DNA of 64,000 nucleotides from the human T2T-CHM13v2.0 reference genome, Homo sapiens: assembly GCF_009914755.1 (NCBI RefSeq), contig NC_060939.1. One strand, written 5' to 3'. This document shows, piece by piece, positions 58,871 to 64,000 of the stretch. The first letter of the stretch is position 1, and each line of letters starts with the position of its first letter. A model generated the notes under the pieces. It was given only the letters and a program-made list of their open reading frames with translations, was not told where the DNA came from and ran no database searches. Both the position numbers and the translations under genes were made by a program.

Positions 58871-59294
58871 CTTCATATTCATTCTGTTCTACTGAAATCC
58901 TTCCCATACTTCAAGGCCTAGTGGAAACCTTCCTTCTCTGTGGTGCTTTTTCCAACTCTGTGGTGAGTATAATCAGCCTGCCTTCATTTTCATAGCATGT
59001 CACTTTTACTCTGACTGAGCACTAACCTCAGTCTGTTCTCTGGAGAAATCTGTAGAGAGAAGAAGGGATTACAACAGGAAGAGGAGGTAGAAAGGGGAAG
59101 ACAAATTGGTCCTGGGCAAGGGCATCACTGAGTAAGTTCTTGAGAAAGTCGGCATGCTCTAAGACATGTACTAACTGTCCAGTGGTCATCTAGCTCAGAG
59201 GACTGACTCATGATAACCAGATGGTCACAAGTCTGAGCTACAAATGACAATCACAACTAATTTGCCATGAGAATTAAATACTTTGAAGACTCTA

Positions 59295-59627
<333 letters not shown>

Positions 59628-60182
59628 TCATTCTTCATTTTTGTCAAATCACACAGAAAGTCAAATCATAATCAATGTCTACTTCATTAACCTGTTAGGA
59701 GAAATTATTATCTCAGGGCCTGGAAACACTTGAAATGCATTTCCTCCCCACAGTCAGCCTTTAGGAGAAGTCACATGAGAATCAGGAAAATTGGTGCAGG
59801 GATTGGCACACTGCAGGGAGAATGCATGGGCTCCATGCTGAATGGCATTTCATACACCATCCATCTCACAATGGGTACTGAGCCACAAATTAGAACTTGA
59901 CATACTCACACTTTGTCTACTAGGGCCACCTTTATCCATCTCTGTGAGCCCACTTAGTCCAGGAAGCCTGGATTTTAAAGTCCCTCCTTCTGAACAAGTC
60001 CAAACTTTTATTGAGGCTTCCTGGCGTGACCTCTCCCTTTTTCTGATTGACACATTATTTCATTAATTGTATGTTATCACTTCATTAATTGTAAGGCTGA
60101 TATCTTATCATGGTGGCCTGGCATCCATATTGTGTCCTTTAGGTGACTTTGTATGTCTGGGTGCTGACGGATAAAGAGTCAT

Positions 60183-60485
60183 TGCTTGGATTGAATTGTG
60201 TCCCCCAGACCAAGTTCTTATGTTGAATCTCTAACCTTTACATGACTGTATTGAAGATATGGCCTTTAGGAGGCGATTAAGGATAAGTGAGGTCAGAAGC
60301 ATGGAGCCCTGATCCAATGGAACTGGTGTCCTTATACAAGAGAAAGAGACACCAGAGGTCTCTCATTCCCCACCATGTGAGGACACAGTGAGAATGGAGT
60401 CATCTGCAAGGCAGGAAGTGGGTTTCTGTTGTTTAAGCCACCTAGTAAGTGGTATTTTGTTATAGTCGCCTGAGCTGACTAACTC
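60183..60485 (+). mobile_element. MLT1A-type MaLR LTR, internally deleted
   Basis: tgaattgtgtcccc, ggcctttaggaggcgattaagg, gttgtttaagccacctag...gcctgagctgactaa. Confidence 0.75.
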
Positions 60486-63400
60486 TGTGATCTTAACAGT
60501 TTTAGCCTCGGAGGACGATCTCATTGCTTGTGGCCAAGACTTGTGGCTAAAGAGGAGGTAAGAGCACCATAGTCTACTGCCACATACCAATACCTCCACA
60601 CACATACACACACATGCGGATATATATATATATGTATGGGAGTGTATATATATACCTTTTTATAGGTGTGTGTGTATACACACATAGCTGTTTAGAAGTC
60701 AGTCTCTCTTGTTAGAGTATAAGCTCTTGAAGAGTAGAAATGTCATTTTTCTTCTTCTCCCGGCCTTTCTGCAAACCTTGCTTATATGATATGCATGTAT
60801 ATTGATTCATATTATCACTGCAGTTGACTTTCCAGCCACTGCCAAAGGCTTGGAAAGCCATAAGAAATTTAGTTGTGTTGGGGAAGGGTGATACATGGAG
60901 GCGCTACGTGGGTAGGGCCCTAAAGAAAGGAGTTTCTAAGCATCAGATGAAATGTGAAGAAGCTAAAGTTAAGGGAACTCGGAGGGAGAGGAGCTTATTT
61001 TTTTATTTTTTTCTTCTTATCTAGTTTTTTTCTCCTCATTTTCTCCTCTAGTCAGCACTCTCCTAGTACTTACTTTACAAGACGCTTTTAACATGCATTG
61101 TAAAATCAGCTAAGTATTTAGAAAATGCATACGGTCTATTCTGGTTCTTGCCGTAGGTATTGATGGTGAAATTGGGATTAGACACAGACACTGAAAAAAA
61201 TGACCAGCAATACCAACCAGTCTCTACTCAGTGCTAGATAACCAGTTGAGATGAATGGGGAGGTTATTCTGAGCAGGGTGGTCAGGAAAGGCTTGAAGAG
61301 AACTCCTTTTGAGAATTAGTAAGACTTAGATAGGCAGAGAGTAATACAGATTAGTTAAGTTTGTCTGTGGGGCTAGAAAAATATGAAGGTCTTAGCCCAG
61401 TACCTGCCAGCCACAAGCACCTAACAAGTGCTTACTGCCATGATTTTGGTTGTATTCATTAGTGTTTATAATTATTTTTAACATTGCTTATTTTTCAGAA
61501 TGACATGGAGGTTTGGAGAATTTTAGTGACTTGCTTAATGTCATCCAGCTAGTAAGTGTCAGAGACAGGATCTAACTCCAGGATTGTCTGAATCCTGGGA
61601 CTGTGCGCAGAACTGTGGGTATAACATGAGTTTGGAAGTACAATTCTGCAAATGGGAGAGCTCAGATCTGGAGATAAAAAAAGTTGATCACAAAAGGAAG
61701 ACATTTATTTTTCTGTGTCCACTGTGTCCTTTTAAACACAAGGATAATTATCAAGATTGAATGGGCTCATTGTCATGGTCAATAACTAATAATTATGAAA
61801 GAAAGGATCATTCCCCCTTTCCCATAATCCATGAAATTCCACAATGGGGTATGTCCTTCCCTGACATTTCATTTGGCAGTTGGAGTTGTGAATAACTAGC
61901 TTTGGCATGCACTTACGTGGGTGAGTTGAGTGATTTAGAGAAGTTCCCCATTGAGATATTTCCAGAAATGGCTTGGCAACTGCATAGCTTCAGGTTAGTG
62001 ATCACAGAGAAGTAGAGTGAGAAACCACAGAGGAGAGGAAACGACCTCCAGGTTGCAAAATTAAACAAGTGCGTCAGTTTCTCTACACTTCAATGACGTC
62101 ATTTTTACTATTTTTGTGTGATCTCGAAAGTCGTACCTCAATAAGTGATGGTGTGTCAGAGAGGCAGGTGTGTCAGCTACATCCCAGGGTCCATCATGGG
62201 CTCAGTCTCGCTGTTCTTCTTCCTTCCCTTCGCACCTGTTGAACGCCTGCTTTGTGCTGATGCAGATCCAGACACTAGGGACAGAGTAGTCAACAAAATA
62301 GAAAAAAGTCACCTTCCTCATGGAGTTTCCACTAGGAAAGGTGGCAAGCTATAGATATAATCAGAACATAAAGTGTCATGGAGAGAAAGAAAGCAGAGTA
62401 GGTGCTGGGGGGGAGGTGTTATCATTTTGTACAGAGTGGTCAGGAAGGACCTCTTCCGAGAAGATAACCTTCACACAAAGATATGGAGGAGGTGAGGAAG
62501 TGGGTTGTGTGCATAGCTAGAGAAAAGCCTTCCAGAAAAAGAGAACAGCAAGCATAAAGGCCCCAGGGTAGCAGGAGTGTCCCTGATGTTTCAGGAAGAG
62601 CAAGGAAGCAGTGAGGCTGGAGAGGAGGCAGTGAGGCGGCAATGGGAGGAGATGGCAGAGAAGTGAACAGAAGCCACATCATGTAGGGCGTTCCTATCTT
62701 GTCAGGCAACTCTAGCTGCTTAGTGCACTGAATGAGCGGGATGCACAGGAACCCCATGGGCTCAATGCTGCATCACTCATAGGGCAGAAGGAATCGTTGG
62801 CACACGGGCAGTGCTTGCTGTGTCTGCTGTAGACACTGGGTATAGCAGTAAGTCCAAGCTTTGCCTTGGACAAAAGATATGGAGAAATGGCGCACAGGCT
62901 GATGGGCTGTGGGCAGAGGGAAAATGGCACTGTCCCGAGGCTTCGTCAGCCAGTCTCTGACTTTGTCCTGGTCACTTTCGGTGGGGAATGTTGGAGGGAG
63001 CTAAGAAAGGGACTCAGATTGCTCACCACCTTCATCAAGTTCTTTTGATCCACTCTTCCCAAACACATAGGCTGTTTTATGACTATTACTAATATAATTC
63101 ATAATAATAATAATAAATAGAATAGCAACACCAATCTAATGCTACTTACTGAGGGTTTATGTGTAAGGAACTCTGCTAATTTCTACATAAATATTATCAG
63201 ACCACATCTATTTGGTTTCCTCTGTATGCGAAGAGTCCTCGCACAGTGTCTGTCTGAGAAAAGGCTTTCAGTAAATACCCTCTGAGTGATTTAATTATCC
63301 TAACAACCTATAAGAATCTGTTTTGATCCATTGAGAGATGTTCCCATGTCTTGAATTTTAGGTATATTTTTCAAGGACAGAAAGCTAGAAGGTAGCAGAG

Positions 63401-64000
63401 GTGGGACTCAAATCCAGGTCTTTTGGACTCCAGAGCCTTGTTCACTACCATGTACAGCTGCCTCCTGGTCAGGCGAGGTGTGCTGTTTTGGGATTCTCCT
63501 GGCGCAGGTGTGGTACAGTGAAAAGAGCAGCGTACCCAGGTCACTCAGGGGAAGCCCAACCTAGAGTGCTCTCCAGGGCCGAACTCTCCAGCTTTCCTGT
63601 GATGGCCATTTAGCCTCCTGGCTCTGCTTTCCTCTTTGCCAATTGGGGAGACTAATGACAGCCTGTGGACTTGTTTTAAGAAGTTACAAGGAGCATAAAT
63701 TTTACATTAGAAAGTGCTCAGCGATGTACAAGCAACCATTTTTTAAAGTATCTCCTGTTAATAAACATGCAAAAAACTTACGGCAGGTCAGTGGACAAAT
63801 ATTACTAAATATGCAGAGTTTTAGAGCATTTCAACAGGGGTTGATAAACTTTTTTTTTTAGAAAGGGCCAGAGCTTTGTGGGCCACAGGCCTCTGTCACA
63901 ACTACTCAAGGTGAGGTCACATGACATTGGCCATAGACAACACAAGAACAAGTAGACAGCGGTGTATTTCAATCAAACTTTGTAAAAGCAAGCGGCGGGC

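Overview
Primate (almost certainly human) genomic DNA from the 5' part of MCTP2 (+ strand). The window holds one real coding exon: 53313-53842, ATG at 53378, encoding 155 aa, [16 protein letters not shown]...DAPEEPE. The rest is intron. It contains Alus, nested L1s (including a near full-length antisense L1PA15-17-type element with target-site duplications, TSDs), L2/MIR relics, LTRs (MER4-group, MER21, MLT1, and an MLT2A LTR nested in a THE1 LTR), DNA-transposon relics, a processed RPL26L1-type pseudogene and two large simple-sequence tracts. The most unusual signal is a cluster of short locally templated insertions, each copied from a donor 1.4-4.9 kb away. These are a 105-bp copy of the MCTP2 coding exon inside an L1, two 103-bp L2-fragment doublets, a 39-bp inverted copy inside the pseudogene, and a 46-bp MLT2A fragment. 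Most carry fold-back hairpins or short tandem duplications at their junctions, as expected for template-switching break-repair scars. A separate fold-back structure with two alternative arms sits at 26149-26221. Repeat subfamily names and some repeat boundaries are by-eye recognitions, not RepeatMasker output.
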